Assembly: GCA_043825735.1 (NCBI GenBank)
Contig: JBDRRP010000062.1
Location: 62,001 to 104,894 of the forward strand
Reading direction: 5' to 3'
DNA from: Pseudomonadota bacterium
GTDB lineage: Bacteria > Desulfobacterota > Desulfobacteria > Desulfobacterales > JBDRRP01
Length of the DNA stretch: 42,894 nucleotides
The notes beneath the pieces were generated by a model that was not told where the DNA came from, ran no database searches, and saw only the letters and a list, made by a program, of their open reading frames with translations. Below are positions 1 through 8,447 of the stretch, one piece after another (within the stretch, counting starts at the first letter, position 1; each line of letters starts with the position of its first letter). The translations under genes were made by a program, and so were the position numbers.

Positions 1-356
1 AATGCCAGCAGGGCCAGACAGACAAATAAGTGCAGGATCAGGTTTGTGGTGCGAAAACCGATCGGGTTGTTTCCCCACAGCCGATAGTCCAGAGCATAGG
101 ATAAACTGACAAGGGGCCGGTAGTATCCCGTATGATAGTCACCCTGCCACTGGTCCCTGTCCAGGATCCCGTCCTCCTGGGAAAAATAGTCGCTTGGCGA
201 TCTGATCTGTCGAATGAAGGTATTGTTTTCTATAAGAACGTGGTCGTCCAGCAGAAAGCCGCCGGTGAAAGTGGGGGTATAGGCCAGGATCGTCAGTACG
301 GCAACGATGGCCCATTGTTTGAACAAAACCCAGGAATGTCGAGGCTGGTCATCCAT
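1..356 (-). CDS. Partial (5' part) GT-C glycosyltransferase, TMTC/protein O-mannosyltransferase-like membrane protein
   Basis: Not in the ORF track because it runs off the window edge. Hand translation from ATG 356: MDDQPRHSWVLFKQWAIVAVLTILAYTPTFTGGFLLDDHVLIENN...YYRPLVSLSYALDYRLWGNNPIGFRTTNLILH. It has a TM helix, a DD motif, YRPL and GxNPxGF..N..LH, typical of TMTC-like GT-C proteins. Confidence 0.8.
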   Translation of the reverse strand, partial: MDDQPRHSWVLFKQWAIVAVLTILAYTPTFTGGFLLDDHVLIENNTFIRQIRSPSDYFSQEDGILDRDQWQGDYHTGYYRPLVSLSYALDYRLWGNNPIGFRTTNLILHLFVCLALLA

Positions 357-525
357 TGTCCTGTTCTTTCCCCCCGGTAGATCCGCGGCGCCGCCTTCCG
401 ACGTTGGCGAATGAAGGCTTCCGCGCCAGAAAACGTGGATTCCGATTGCCAATAGACGCCGTAAAACGACGATGGTCAAGAGGGCATGTTGACCAGAAGG
501 ACCGAACGGTTCAGACCAAGGGGCG

Positions 526-565
526 AAAAAAAGGGAATCCGCCTGCACTGGTCAGGCGGATTCCC
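526..565 (-). terminator. Rho-independent terminator after the pilin gene
   Basis: 13-bp perfect stem GGGAATCCGCCTG/CAGGCGGATTCCC (533-565) followed on the minus strand by T7 (526-532). Confidence 0.85.
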
Positions 566-673
566 CCTTTCATATTCTTTCGTACCGTTTCGGTGCCGAG
601 TGCTTGCGCTGATCGTGAAACTCGATTCACGCCCGCATTCGATCTCCGTCATTAGCTACATAGCTTGCGGTGC

Positions 674-1060
674 CTATGGTTTTTGCATGGAGGCGATGGC
701 TCCGCCAGGCCCATGGACGGTCCAGCTATATTTGCCCGCGGTGTGATAGGCGGTCATGGTGTAACCGGAATTGCTGCCAGTAAGTGCCAGGGAGACGTTC
801 TTGGTCAGGGACAGTGCCGGCAAAGCCACGGTACCGGTGGTCGCAGCAAAGGTCTTGTAGGTCATGTCGTCAACAAAGTAGGCTTCCTGTGCGGTCATCA
901 TGTTTTTCATGTCGCTAAGGGATGCCGCGTCATAGGAGCGCTGGCGGTAGCTCACGAAGTTCGGGATGGCGATGGCGGCCAGAATACCGATAATCGCGAT
1001 AACGATCATCAGCTCGATCAGGGTAAAACCTTTGTCGTTGTTTCTCATTTTCTGAATCAT
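674..1060 (-). CDS. pilA: Type IVa major pilin
   Basis: Prepilin cleavage site [34 protein letters not shown], sigma54 promoter, adjacent pilR and its own terminator. Confidence 0.93.
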   Translation of the reverse strand: MIQKMRNNDKGFTLIELMIVIAIIGILAAIAIPNFVSYRQRSYDAASLSDMKNMMTAQEAYFVDDMTYKTFAATTGTVALPALSLTKNVSLALTGSNSGYTMTAYHTAGKYSWTVHGPGGAIASMQKP

Positions 1061-1212
1061 TGTTTCCTCCTGTGGTTGTGAGTCATGGTTTTTTTCTCTT
1101 ATTCGTACGCCGCAATTGTAAGGCGATGTTCAGCTGGCTTTTCCGCTGATCTTACTGATGAATGGACGACTTTTGTATTTCCATCAGTCTACAAATCTTG
1201 AGCTAAATGTCA

Positions 1213-1228
1213 AGCAATGAGTGTGCCA
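1213..1228 (-). promoter_or_regulatory. Sigma54 -24/-12 promoter of pilA
   Basis: Minus strand reads TGGCACACTCATTGCT, matching TGGCAC-N5-TTGC(T). Confidence 0.9.
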
Positions 1229-1333
1229 CGGCATAGTGAAGTTGCTTACACATCGCAACCCTATAGAATTAATAACTTTTTTTAAAAAACTCGCTGATTC
1301 CGATAGCAACAACAATACTTCCGCCCTTGATTC

Positions 1334-1392
1334 GTGACAAAATTTGTCACCATTTTACCAATATTTGTCACACCCCGGCTGCAATTTGTCGC
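1334..1392. promoter_or_regulatory. Putative PilR enhancer (upstream activator) sites
   Basis: Palindrome GTGACAAA-A-TTTGTCAC (1334-1350). Half-sites TTTGTC(A/G)C start at 1343, 1364 and 1385, about 105-165 bp upstream of the sigma54 promoter. Confidence 0.7.
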
Positions 1393-1395
1393 CGG

Positions 1396-2787
1396 CTACA
1401 TCAAATCATGTTTTGATAGACGGTACCGAAGGGACCTGAGGGATACGCCGAGAAGTTCGGCAGCCTTCTGCCGGTTTCCCTCTGATACCTCCAGGGCTTT
1501 TCCGAGATACGCCGCCTCGATGCGGTCCATGATGCTGTCCAGTTCGACGCCCGCGGTAACGGCATCGAGATCGAATCGGTTCTTGTCGACGCCTTCGATC
1601 CACCGCCGCTTGTGCAGAGACAATGCAAGACTGTCCGGCAAAATGATATTGGTGGTGGACAGGGCCACGCTGCGCTCCATGAGATTTTCCAACTCTCTGA
1701 CATTTCCGGGAAAATCATATTTCTGGAGCAAATCGATGGCATAGGACGAAATCTTTGCGATCTGTTTGCCCATTTCCTGAGAATACTTTTCCAGAAAATG
1801 CTGGGCCAGGGCCTTGAGATCGCTTTTTCGCTCCCTGAGCGGCGGCACCTTCAACTCGATAACGTTGAGCCGATAAAAAAGGTCTTCCCGAAACCGGCCG
1901 GCAATGACCTCGGCTTCAAGGCTCCGATTGGTGGCGGAGATGAAGCGGACATCAATTTTAATATCGCTGTTGCTGCCGACAGGCTTTATGACCTTTTCTT
2001 GCAGCGCCCGCAGAAGCTTGACCTGCAGCGGCAGGCTGAGATCACTGATTTCATCGAGAAAAATGGTGCCGCCCTGGGCGACCTCGAATAACCCGTCCTT
2101 GTCATTGGTTGCCCCGGTAAATGAACCCCGCTTGTGACCGAAGAGCTCGCTTTCCATGAGCGATTCGGGAATACCGCCGCAGTTGATTGCCACGAAGGGT
2201 CTTTCTTTTCGAGGACTCTGCTGATGAATGGCGCGGGCAATGATCTCCTTTCCCGTGCCGCTTTCACCGGTAATCATCACTGTGGTGCGGGTGGGCGCCA
2301 CCTGACGGATGAACTCGTAGATGGCCTCCATACCGGGGGAGTTGCCGATGATCATGTTGAAATGAAGGTTTCTCTTTACCTCGTCATCAAGGGTCTTTTT
2401 CTCCCGTTCCACGGTCTTCAGTTCAAGGGCCTTGGCGATGGTGTGCGTGAGCTCACTGCTGTCAAACGGTTTAGGGACGTAGTCATAAGCGCCGCGATTC
2501 ATGGCCTCCACGGCGGCTTCCGTGGATGAATAGGCCGAAATCATGATCACCACGGTATCCGGATGTCGACTTTTGGCGAATTTGAGCACCTCGATGCCGG
2601 AGATGTCCCCCAGACGGATGTCGCACAACAGCAGATCGAATCGGTTTTTTTCAAGCAGCTTAATGGCGGACCGGCCGTCCTCGGAAAAGGACAGGTCATA
2701 GCCTTCGCGCGAAAGCATGACCTCGAGAAGCTCGCGCATGCTCAGTTCATCGTCCACAACCAGAATGTGTTGTGCCGTATCAGACAT
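1396..2787 (-). CDS. pilR: Sigma54-dependent response regulator (REC-AAA+-HTH), PilR
   Basis: Receiver domain (ILVVDDE), Walker A GESGTGKE, ESELFGH..GSFTGA, FLDEI, FREDLFYRLN and a Fis-type HTH. Lies directly upstream of pilA. Start placed at ATG 2787. Confidence 0.88.
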   Translation of the reverse strand: MSDTAQHILVVDDELSMRELLEVMLSREGYDLSFSEDGRSAIKLLEKNRFDLLLCDIRLGDISGIEVLKFAKSRHPDTVVIMISAYSSTEAAVEAMNRGAYDYVPKPFDSSELTHTIAKALELKTVEREKKTLDDEVKRNLHFNMIIGNSPGMEAIYEFIRQVAPTRTTVMITGESGTGKEIIARAIHQQSPRKERPFVAINCGGIPESLMESELFGHKRGSFTGATNDKDGLFEVAQGGTIFLDEISDLSLPLQVKLLRALQEKVIKPVGSNSDIKIDVRFISATNRSLEAEVIAGRFREDLFYRLNVIELKVPPLRERKSDLKALAQHFLEKYSQEMGKQIAKISSYAIDLLQKYDFPGNVRELENLMERSVALSTTNIILPDSLALSLHKRRWIEGVDKNRFDLDAVTAGVELDSIMDRIEAAYLGKALEVSEGNRQKAAELLGVSLRSLRYRLSKHDLM

Positions 2788-2844
2788 TAAAAAAGCCCCT
2801 TTCAACACAGCACCCGTAGCGACAAAAACGCCCTGCAGACACGC

Positions 2845-2960
2845 AACGATCAAAACGTTCTAAACGCACCTAACGATCTTAACGTTCGAAACGTTCTAAC
2901 AATCTAAACGAACCTAACGATCTAAACGATCTAAACGCACCTAACGATCTCAACGCTCTT
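2845..2960 (+). repeat. Degenerate 9-bp tandem repeat, 13 units, consensus about AACGATCTA
   Basis: Units: aacgatcaa aacgttcta aacgcacct aacgatctt aacgttcga aacgttct aacaatcta aacgaacct aacgatcta aacgatcta aacgcacct aacgatctc aacgctctt. Confidence 0.9.
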
Positions 2961-2972
2961 CGACAGCCGAGA

Positions 2973-4271
2973 TCAGGTGGCTTCGTAGACGACGCGTCCG
3001 TTGACGATGGTCATTACCGCCGCGCCTTTTACGGGCCACCCGTGAAACGGACAGTTCCGGCTAAGAGAGACGAACCGGTCGACATCGATGGTGTGCTGCC
3101 GCAACGGATCGATAATGGTGATGTCGGCGATCAGACCTGCCCGTACGCCATGCGCTCGCCCCAGTATGCGCGCCGGATTGAGCGACATGGCACGCACGAG
3201 GGTCTCCATATCGATATGGCCCTCATGAACGAGTTTGAGACTCACCGGCAAAGCGCTCTCCAATCCGATGATCCCGTTGGCGGCGGCATCGAAGGCCACT
3301 TTTTTTTCAAGACTGCTGTGGGGGGCATGATCCGTGGCGATGGCATCCAGCGTGCCGTCGGCCAATCCTTCCACGATTGCCAACCGGTCTGCCTCGGATC
3401 TGAGCGGCGGGTTCATTTTGGCATGAGTCCCGTACCGGGCCACGTCTGAATCGGTGAGCGTGAAATAATGGGGCGCTGTCTCTGCCGTGACCGGAAGGCC
3501 CTGGGCCTTGGCCTGTCGGATGGCCCTCACCGACTGGGTCGTGCTCACATGGGCGATGTGAAGCCGGCAGCCGGTGAGCTCGCACAGGGCGATGTCCCGC
3601 ATGACCATGATGCTCTCGGCTGCGTTGGGGATGCCAGCGTAGCCGAGCGTGCGGGCCGTGGGGCCGTCGTTCATCACGCCGGCCCCCACCAGTGCGGGGA
3701 CTTCACAGTGGGGCATGACGAGTAGATCGAGCCGCCGGGCCGTCTCCATGGCCTGGCGCATCATTGCCACATGGTTGACCGGGCACCCGTCATCGGAAAG
3801 GGCGACAGCGCCGGCGGCCTTAAGTTCGGAAAACGCCGTTAACTGATCCCCTTTCAACCCCTTGCTGATGGCCGCCACCGGGTAAACCCGCGCCGCCCGG
3901 GCCGTCTGAGCCTGTTCAAGGATAAACCGGGTGGTCTCAGCATTATCGTTTACCGGGTGGGTGTTGGGCATGGCGCAGACCGCCGTGATCCCGCCGGCGG
4001 CCGCCGCACGGGCACCCGAAACGATGGTTTCCTTGTAGGCGTGTCCCGGCTCCCGGAGATGGACGTGCAGATCGATCAGCCCGGGGGTAACCCAAAGGCC
4101 GGCGGCGTCGATGATTCGGGTGGTCTCTGCGGTAGGATCGACCCCGACCGGGTCCGGTACGGCTCCCGGCGCGTATATCCCGACAATGCGATCATCTTCG
4201 ATGAGGACATCGCGAACCCCGTTGGTGACACCGGGATCGATGACTGTGCCGTTTTTGATCACTATTCGCAT
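2973..4271 (-). CDS. pyrC: Dihydroorotase (type I)
   Basis: PGLIDLHVHLREPG, MPNT, KMNPPLR and IATDHAPH motifs. Start at MRIVIKNG with a GAGG RBS. Confidence 0.92.
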   Translation of the reverse strand: MRIVIKNGTVIDPGVTNGVRDVLIEDDRIVGIYAPGAVPDPVGVDPTAETTRIIDAAGLWVTPGLIDLHVHLREPGHAYKETIVSGARAAAAGGITAVCAMPNTHPVNDNAETTRFILEQAQTARAARVYPVAAISKGLKGDQLTAFSELKAAGAVALSDDGCPVNHVAMMRQAMETARRLDLLVMPHCEVPALVGAGVMNDGPTARTLGYAGIPNAAESIMVMRDIALCELTGCRLHIAHVSTTQSVRAIRQAKAQGLPVTAETAPHYFTLTDSDVARYGTHAKMNPPLRSEADRLAIVEGLADGTLDAIATDHAPHSSLEKKVAFDAAANGIIGLESALPVSLKLVHEGHIDMETLVRAMSLNPARILGRAHGVRAGLIADITIIDPLRQHTIDVDRFVSLSRNCPFHGWPVKGAAVMTIVNGRVVYEAT

Positions 4272-4343
4272 GCGTGGGTCCTCTGTCGCGGCGGGGATGC
4301 CCACCAACCGCGACGGCAGCACTCGGCTGTCAGCAGGGCTGCA

Positions 4344-5039
4344 TCAGCGAATCATGTCGCCGAGACGGCGCCACCGTACCGAGAAGTTTTCCTTGTCCCA
4401 GGACCAGTAGATCATGAACGCCTTGCCTTTGACCGCGGCCAAATCCACAAACCCCCAGAAGCGGCTGTCATAGGAGTGGTCCCGGTTGTCTCCCATGACA
4501 AAAAGTTTCCCCTTGGGCACGGTTACCGGCCCAAAGTTATCCCGGGGCTGAATACCCCCGGGAATGATATAGTCATCTGAAATGATGGCAAAGGGTTGTT
4601 CCTGACGCACGCCGTTGAGATAAACAATCTTGTCACGGACCGCCACCACATCACCGCCGACACCGATGGCGCGTTTGATGAAATCTTTTTCCTTGTCCTC
4701 GGGAAACTCAAAGACCACAATATCCCCGTGCGCGGGCTCTGAGATGGGAATGATCGTCTTGTTCAAAAAGGGCAGTTTCACCCCGTAAATGAACTTATTG
4801 ACAAGAATGTGGTCGCCGATCTGAAGGGTTTCCTTCATGGATCCGGAGGGGATTTTAAAGGCCTGCACGATAAAGGCCCGAATGAACAGCGCCAGGATAA
4901 TGGCCAGCACGATGGCTTCAACGTTTTCGCGGATAGCGCCTTTTTTCTTAGGAGATGCCGCGGCATCTATAGATTCTGTCTCGTTCAACGGTCCTTCTTT
5001 CTTGGAAGAAAATTTCCGGTCTGCTGCCAATTGCGTCAT
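4344..5039 (-). CDS. lepB: Signal peptidase I
   Basis: IPSGSM (catalytic Ser), FIKR (catalytic Lys), GDNRDHSYDSRFWG. The true start may be TTG at 4988 after AAGGA. Confidence 0.93.
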   Translation of the reverse strand: MTQLAADRKFSSKKEGPLNETESIDAAASPKKKGAIRENVEAIVLAIILALFIRAFIVQAFKIPSGSMKETLQIGDHILVNKFIYGVKLPFLNKTIIPISEPAHGDIVVFEFPEDKEKDFIKRAIGVGGDVVAVRDKIVYLNGVRQEQPFAIISDDYIIPGGIQPRDNFGPVTVPKGKLFVMGDNRDHSYDSRFWGFVDLAAVKGKAFMIYWSWDKENFSVRWRRLGDMIR

Positions 5040-5050
5040 TGTCGCGGCCC

Positions 5051-5515
5051 CTATCCGGAGAAAAGCGCCATGCCAATCCGTATCAACAGATTAGCGATCA
5101 CGCCAGCGGCCACGTCGTCCATAACCACACCCCAACCGCCCTTTAGTCGCTGATCGAACCACCGGATGGGCGGCGGTTTGGTGATGTCCAGGTACCGGAA
5201 CAGGATAAATCCGATGCACACGGTGATCCCGTTGAACGGCAGACCCACCAGCGTGACGGCCATGCCGAGGATCTCATCGATCACGATCCGGCCGGGGTCC
5301 TTGCTGGCAAAAATGCGTTCGGCCTGTCCGGATATCCAGGCGGCGACGGCCGTCAAGACCAGAAGCAGCACCAGCGCCGCGCCTAGAGAAACCAGCGAAA
5401 GTCCATAGGCGATTGGGATTCCCAGCAGGGTGCCAACGGTACCTGGGGCCACCGGTACGAATCCGACCATAGCACCGGTCGCTAAAAAAACGACCGATCT
5501 GTCGCCTAATTTCAT
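5051..5515 (-). CDS. pgpA: Phosphatidylglycerophosphatase A
   Basis: APGTVGT, DPGRIVIDE, FRYLDITKP and GVVMDDVAAG motifs. Confidence 0.92.
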   Translation of the reverse strand: MKLGDRSVVFLATGAMVGFVPVAPGTVGTLLGIPIAYGLSLVSLGAALVLLLVLTAVAAWISGQAERIFASKDPGRIVIDEILGMAVTLVGLPFNGITVCIGFILFRYLDITKPPPIRWFDQRLKGGWGVVMDDVAAGVIANLLIRIGMALFSG

Positions 5516-5521
5516 GGCCCG

Positions 5522-5550
5522 TGTCTACTCTCTGCACCGCCCTTTGTCAA
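5522..5550 (-). promoter_or_regulatory. Sigma70-type promoter for pgpA-lepB-pyrC
   Basis: Minus strand TTGACA-17 bp-TAGACA. Confidence 0.5.
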
Positions 5551-5591
5551 GAAGGCGAGCATTTGCCAGTTTAGCATTTTTACTATTTAGT

Positions 5592-6764
5592 TCAATGCTT
5601 TAGTAAGTTGGCAGTAATGGTCTCATAAACGATGCGTATGGGAATCTGACGCGCTCGGGCGATTTGCCGACAGAATTCGTACTCGGGAATCCGTCGCAGG
5701 CTCCCGTCAATAGCGACCACTTCCTTGACCGGCGCCGGACCGAAATCCGTATCTACGGTGACACTTCTGCGGGCAAGGACGTGCCGCACCACATCATGGC
5801 ACCGGACACCGATGGTGGTGGTCTCCGTGAGCAGGCGCCGAATGATGGCGTCTTTACCCGATGACGTGCACAGCACCGAGACCATGGTGCCCGGCCGGTT
5901 TTTCTTCATGAACACCGGCACCCAGAAAACGTCCAGGGCGCCGTCCTCGAATAGCCGTTCCATGACATAACCGAAAATCTCCGGATTCATGTCGTCGATA
6001 CAGCTTTCAACCATCACGGCCGTTTCCGTGCCGGGCGAAACCGTATCGCCAGTTTCCCTTCCCAGCACGATGCGCAGCAGGTTGGGCATGTCCGCAAACT
6101 CCCGCTCGCCGGCACCGTAGCCGATGCGCTCGACGACCATATCCGGCATGGGGCCATACCCTTGTGAGAGCGTGGTCAGGATGGCCGCCCCGGTGGGCGT
6201 CACGCGTTCGCCTTCCGCCGTTCCGCTGCGCACCGGAACCCCTTTGAGCATTTCAGCAGTCGCCGGTGCCGGCACGGGCAGCCGACCGTGGCTGCACACA
6301 ACGGTACCGAAACCCACCGTTGGCACATTGGACATCACCGTGACAACGCCGAGGTGGTCCATTGCAAGAGCCGTTCCCACGATGTCGACGATGGCGTCCA
6401 CGCTGCCCACTTCATGAAAGTGCACATGATCCACCGGGCAGCCGTGCACGGCGGCTTCGGCCTCGGCAAGGCGGTGAAAAATGTCGCCGGCAAGGCTTTT
6501 GACCGATGGTTTCAGCGCACTGTTTTCAATAAGGTCCCGGATGCTCCGATAGTCCCGGTGCGGCTGACCTTCCGCCACCACTACGCGCACCTGATTTCCG
6601 CGAACACCGCCGCGCACCACTGTGCCCGTTTCAAGTCGAAAACCCGTTAGAGGCATATCTGCCACAGAAGCGCTCAGCCAGTCGGCCGGCACCCCCAACC
6701 CGATCATGGCCCCCAGGGTCATGTCTCCGCTGATACCCGAAAAACAGTCGATATAGGCAATCAT
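5592..6764 (-). CDS. larC: Nickel-pincer cofactor nickel insertase LarC
   Basis: YIDCFSGISGDM, VHFHEVGSVDAIVDI, HGRLPVPAPAT, TPTGAA, MKKNRPG, ETTTIGVR and PEYE motifs. Confidence 0.9.
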   Translation of the reverse strand: MIAYIDCFSGISGDMTLGAMIGLGVPADWLSASVADMPLTGFRLETGTVVRGGVRGNQVRVVVAEGQPHRDYRSIRDLIENSALKPSVKSLAGDIFHRLAEAEAAVHGCPVDHVHFHEVGSVDAIVDIVGTALAMDHLGVVTVMSNVPTVGFGTVVCSHGRLPVPAPATAEMLKGVPVRSGTAEGERVTPTGAAILTTLSQGYGPMPDMVVERIGYGAGEREFADMPNLLRIVLGRETGDTVSPGTETAVMVESCIDDMNPEIFGYVMERLFEDGALDVFWVPVFMKKNRPGTMVSVLCTSSGKDAIIRRLLTETTTIGVRCHDVVRHVLARRSVTVDTDFGPAPVKEVVAIDGSLRRIPEYEFCRQIARARQIPIRIVYETITANLLKH

Positions 6765-6884
6765 AATCGTAACACTCAATTTCGCAGTAGGTTTGATGAA
6801 CTTGCGCTACTACATCTATAACACTGAATGCCTGACACTTGAAGTGACAGGCGTTGGTACTTTTACGGATTCATCACCAAAGAC

Positions 6885-6916
6885 ATAACCCGGCGCAGCT
6901 TGCCGCGCCGGGTTAT
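6885..6916. other. 12-bp perfect inverted repeat (hairpin) between divergent larC and selC
   Basis: ATAACCCGGCGC-8 nt-GCGCCGGGTTAT. Confidence 0.7.
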
Positions 6917-6919
6917 CTA

Positions 6920-6947
6920 TTGACAATCCCGGGAAAAAAACTAAGAT
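6920..6947 (+). promoter_or_regulatory. Sigma70 promoter of selC
   Basis: TTGACA-16 bp-TAAGAT, ending 18 bp before the tRNA. Confidence 0.7.
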
Positions 6948-6965
6948 GACCCGGTCACATCAAAC

Positions 6966-7063
6966 GGAAGTGCGCAGCTGGCTGGTGCGGCTCCCGGACT
7001 TCAAATCCGGTGTGGGGCGCTAAAACCGTCCCGGGTGGGTTCGATTCCCATGCACTTCCGCCA
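6966..7063 (+). tRNA. selC: tRNA-Sec (anticodon TCA)
   Basis: 8-bp acceptor stem GGAAGTGC/GCACTTCC, G discriminator and encoded CCA. Anticodon arm CCGGA-CT-TCA-AA-TCCGG, long variable arm GGGGCG/CGTCCC, T-arm GTGGG-TTCGATT-CCCAT. 98 nt. Confidence 0.97.
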
Positions 7064-7079
7064 TTGTTTTTTTCTCTTT

Positions 7080-8306
7080 TCAAAAGCCCCCTCCCTGGTG
7101 CAAATGCTTTTTGAGGTTTTCGGCGACAACATCCAGAAACGCTTCCGAGTCAAGGACGCGCCGTGCCTTGGGTGCGGCGATCAGCGCCAGATCGCCGGTC
7201 ATCTCACCGGCTTCGATGGTCTCGATGACCGTCTTTTCAAGACAATCGCCGAACTTGCCCAGGGCCTGGATGGCGTCCAGTTCGCCGCGCTTGCGAAGCG
7301 CGCCGGTCCAGGCAAAGATGAGCGCAACCGGGTTGGTCGAGGTTTTCTCGCCCTTTAGGTGGCGATAGTAATGGCGTTGTACCGTGCCATGGGCCGCTTC
7401 GTATTCAAAACAACCATCAGGGGAAACCAGTACCGAAGACATCATTGCCAGAGAACCGAAAGCCGATGCCACCATATCGCTCATGACATCACCGTCATAA
7501 TTCTTGCAGGCCCAGAGTATGCCGCCTTCGGACTTCATCATGCGCGCGACGACATCATCGATGAGGGTGTAAAAGTAGGTCATTCCGGCCGCTTCAAAAC
7601 GCGCCTTATACTCGGCCTCGAAAATGCGTCCGAATATCTCTTTGAATGTTGTGTCATAGGTTTTAGATATCGTATCTTTAGTGGCAAACCAGATGTCGAT
7701 CCCCTGATCGAGGGCATACTCACAGCACGCCCTGGCAAAATCTTCGATGGAGGCTACCGTGTTGTGCATGGCCTGAAGAATCCCAGGGCCGGTCATGTCC
7801 ATGATCGTCTTGCGGATCGTTTTGCCGCTTGTCGAAGTGAACACCAGTTCGGCCGTTCCGGGGCCGGGCACAGCGATCTCGCAATTTCTATAAACGTCAC
7901 CATACGCATGGCGGCCGATGATGATCGGCTTTTTCCAGTTCCGTACCGCGGGCGCAATATTGTTTACAAGAATCGGCTTGCGAAAAACCGTGCCGTCAAG
8001 AATCGCCCGGAGGGTACCATTGGGGCTTTTCCACTGCCGTTTGAGTGAGTATTCGCTCATTCGGTCGGTATTTGGCGTAATGGTGGCGCATTTGACGCCG
8101 ACACCGCATTTTTTTATAGCCTCGGCGGCTTCTATCGTAATCAGGTCATCGGTGTCATCGCGCTTTTGAAGGCCCAGATCATAGTATTCGCACTTGAGAT
8201 TCACATGCGGCAAAATGAGTTTTTCCTTCACCATCGGCCAGAGCACGCGCGTCATCTCATCGCCGTCAAGTTCAACGAGCGGGGTTTTCATCTTAATACG
8301 TGTCAT
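7080..8306 (-). CDS. icd: NADP-dependent isocitrate dehydrogenase (eukaryote-like subfamily)
   Basis: VELDGDEMTR, KCATITP, SPNGTLR, GRHAYGD, NYDGDVMSD and EAAHGTVQRHY (RH is NADP-type). Confidence 0.95.
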   Translation of the reverse strand: MTRIKMKTPLVELDGDEMTRVLWPMVKEKLILPHVNLKCEYYDLGLQKRDDTDDLITIEAAEAIKKCGVGVKCATITPNTDRMSEYSLKRQWKSPNGTLRAILDGTVFRKPILVNNIAPAVRNWKKPIIIGRHAYGDVYRNCEIAVPGPGTAELVFTSTSGKTIRKTIMDMTGPGILQAMHNTVASIEDFARACCEYALDQGIDIWFATKDTISKTYDTTFKEIFGRIFEAEYKARFEAAGMTYFYTLIDDVVARMMKSEGGILWACKNYDGDVMSDMVASAFGSLAMMSSVLVSPDGCFEYEAAHGTVQRHYYRHLKGEKTSTNPVALIFAWTGALRKRGELDAIQALGKFGDCLEKTVIETIEAGEMTGDLALIAAPKARRVLDSEAFLDVVAENLKKHLHQGGGF

Positions 8307-8447
8307 CAATGTATCCTTTTCAACGTTGCAGATACCCGGCTAATGCATGAACGATCTGTAATGATCGTACTGCGGGCGAAGGGAATATCAATCCTTTGAA
8401 CCTGCCGAGCGGGTGCATATTCCGGCATTTTGCGGAAAGGGTATGCG

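Noticed and set aside
540..676. Amber readthrough or a PilA-C-like gene after the pilin
   Set aside because: A second in-frame TAG follows after five codons and a terminator lies about 110 bp downstream. No convincing ORF is present.
2845..2960. 9-bp array as a CRISPR array or DGR template repeat
   Set aside because: There are no spacers or cas genes. It is AAC-rich, but no matching variable repeat or reverse transcriptase was found in the window.
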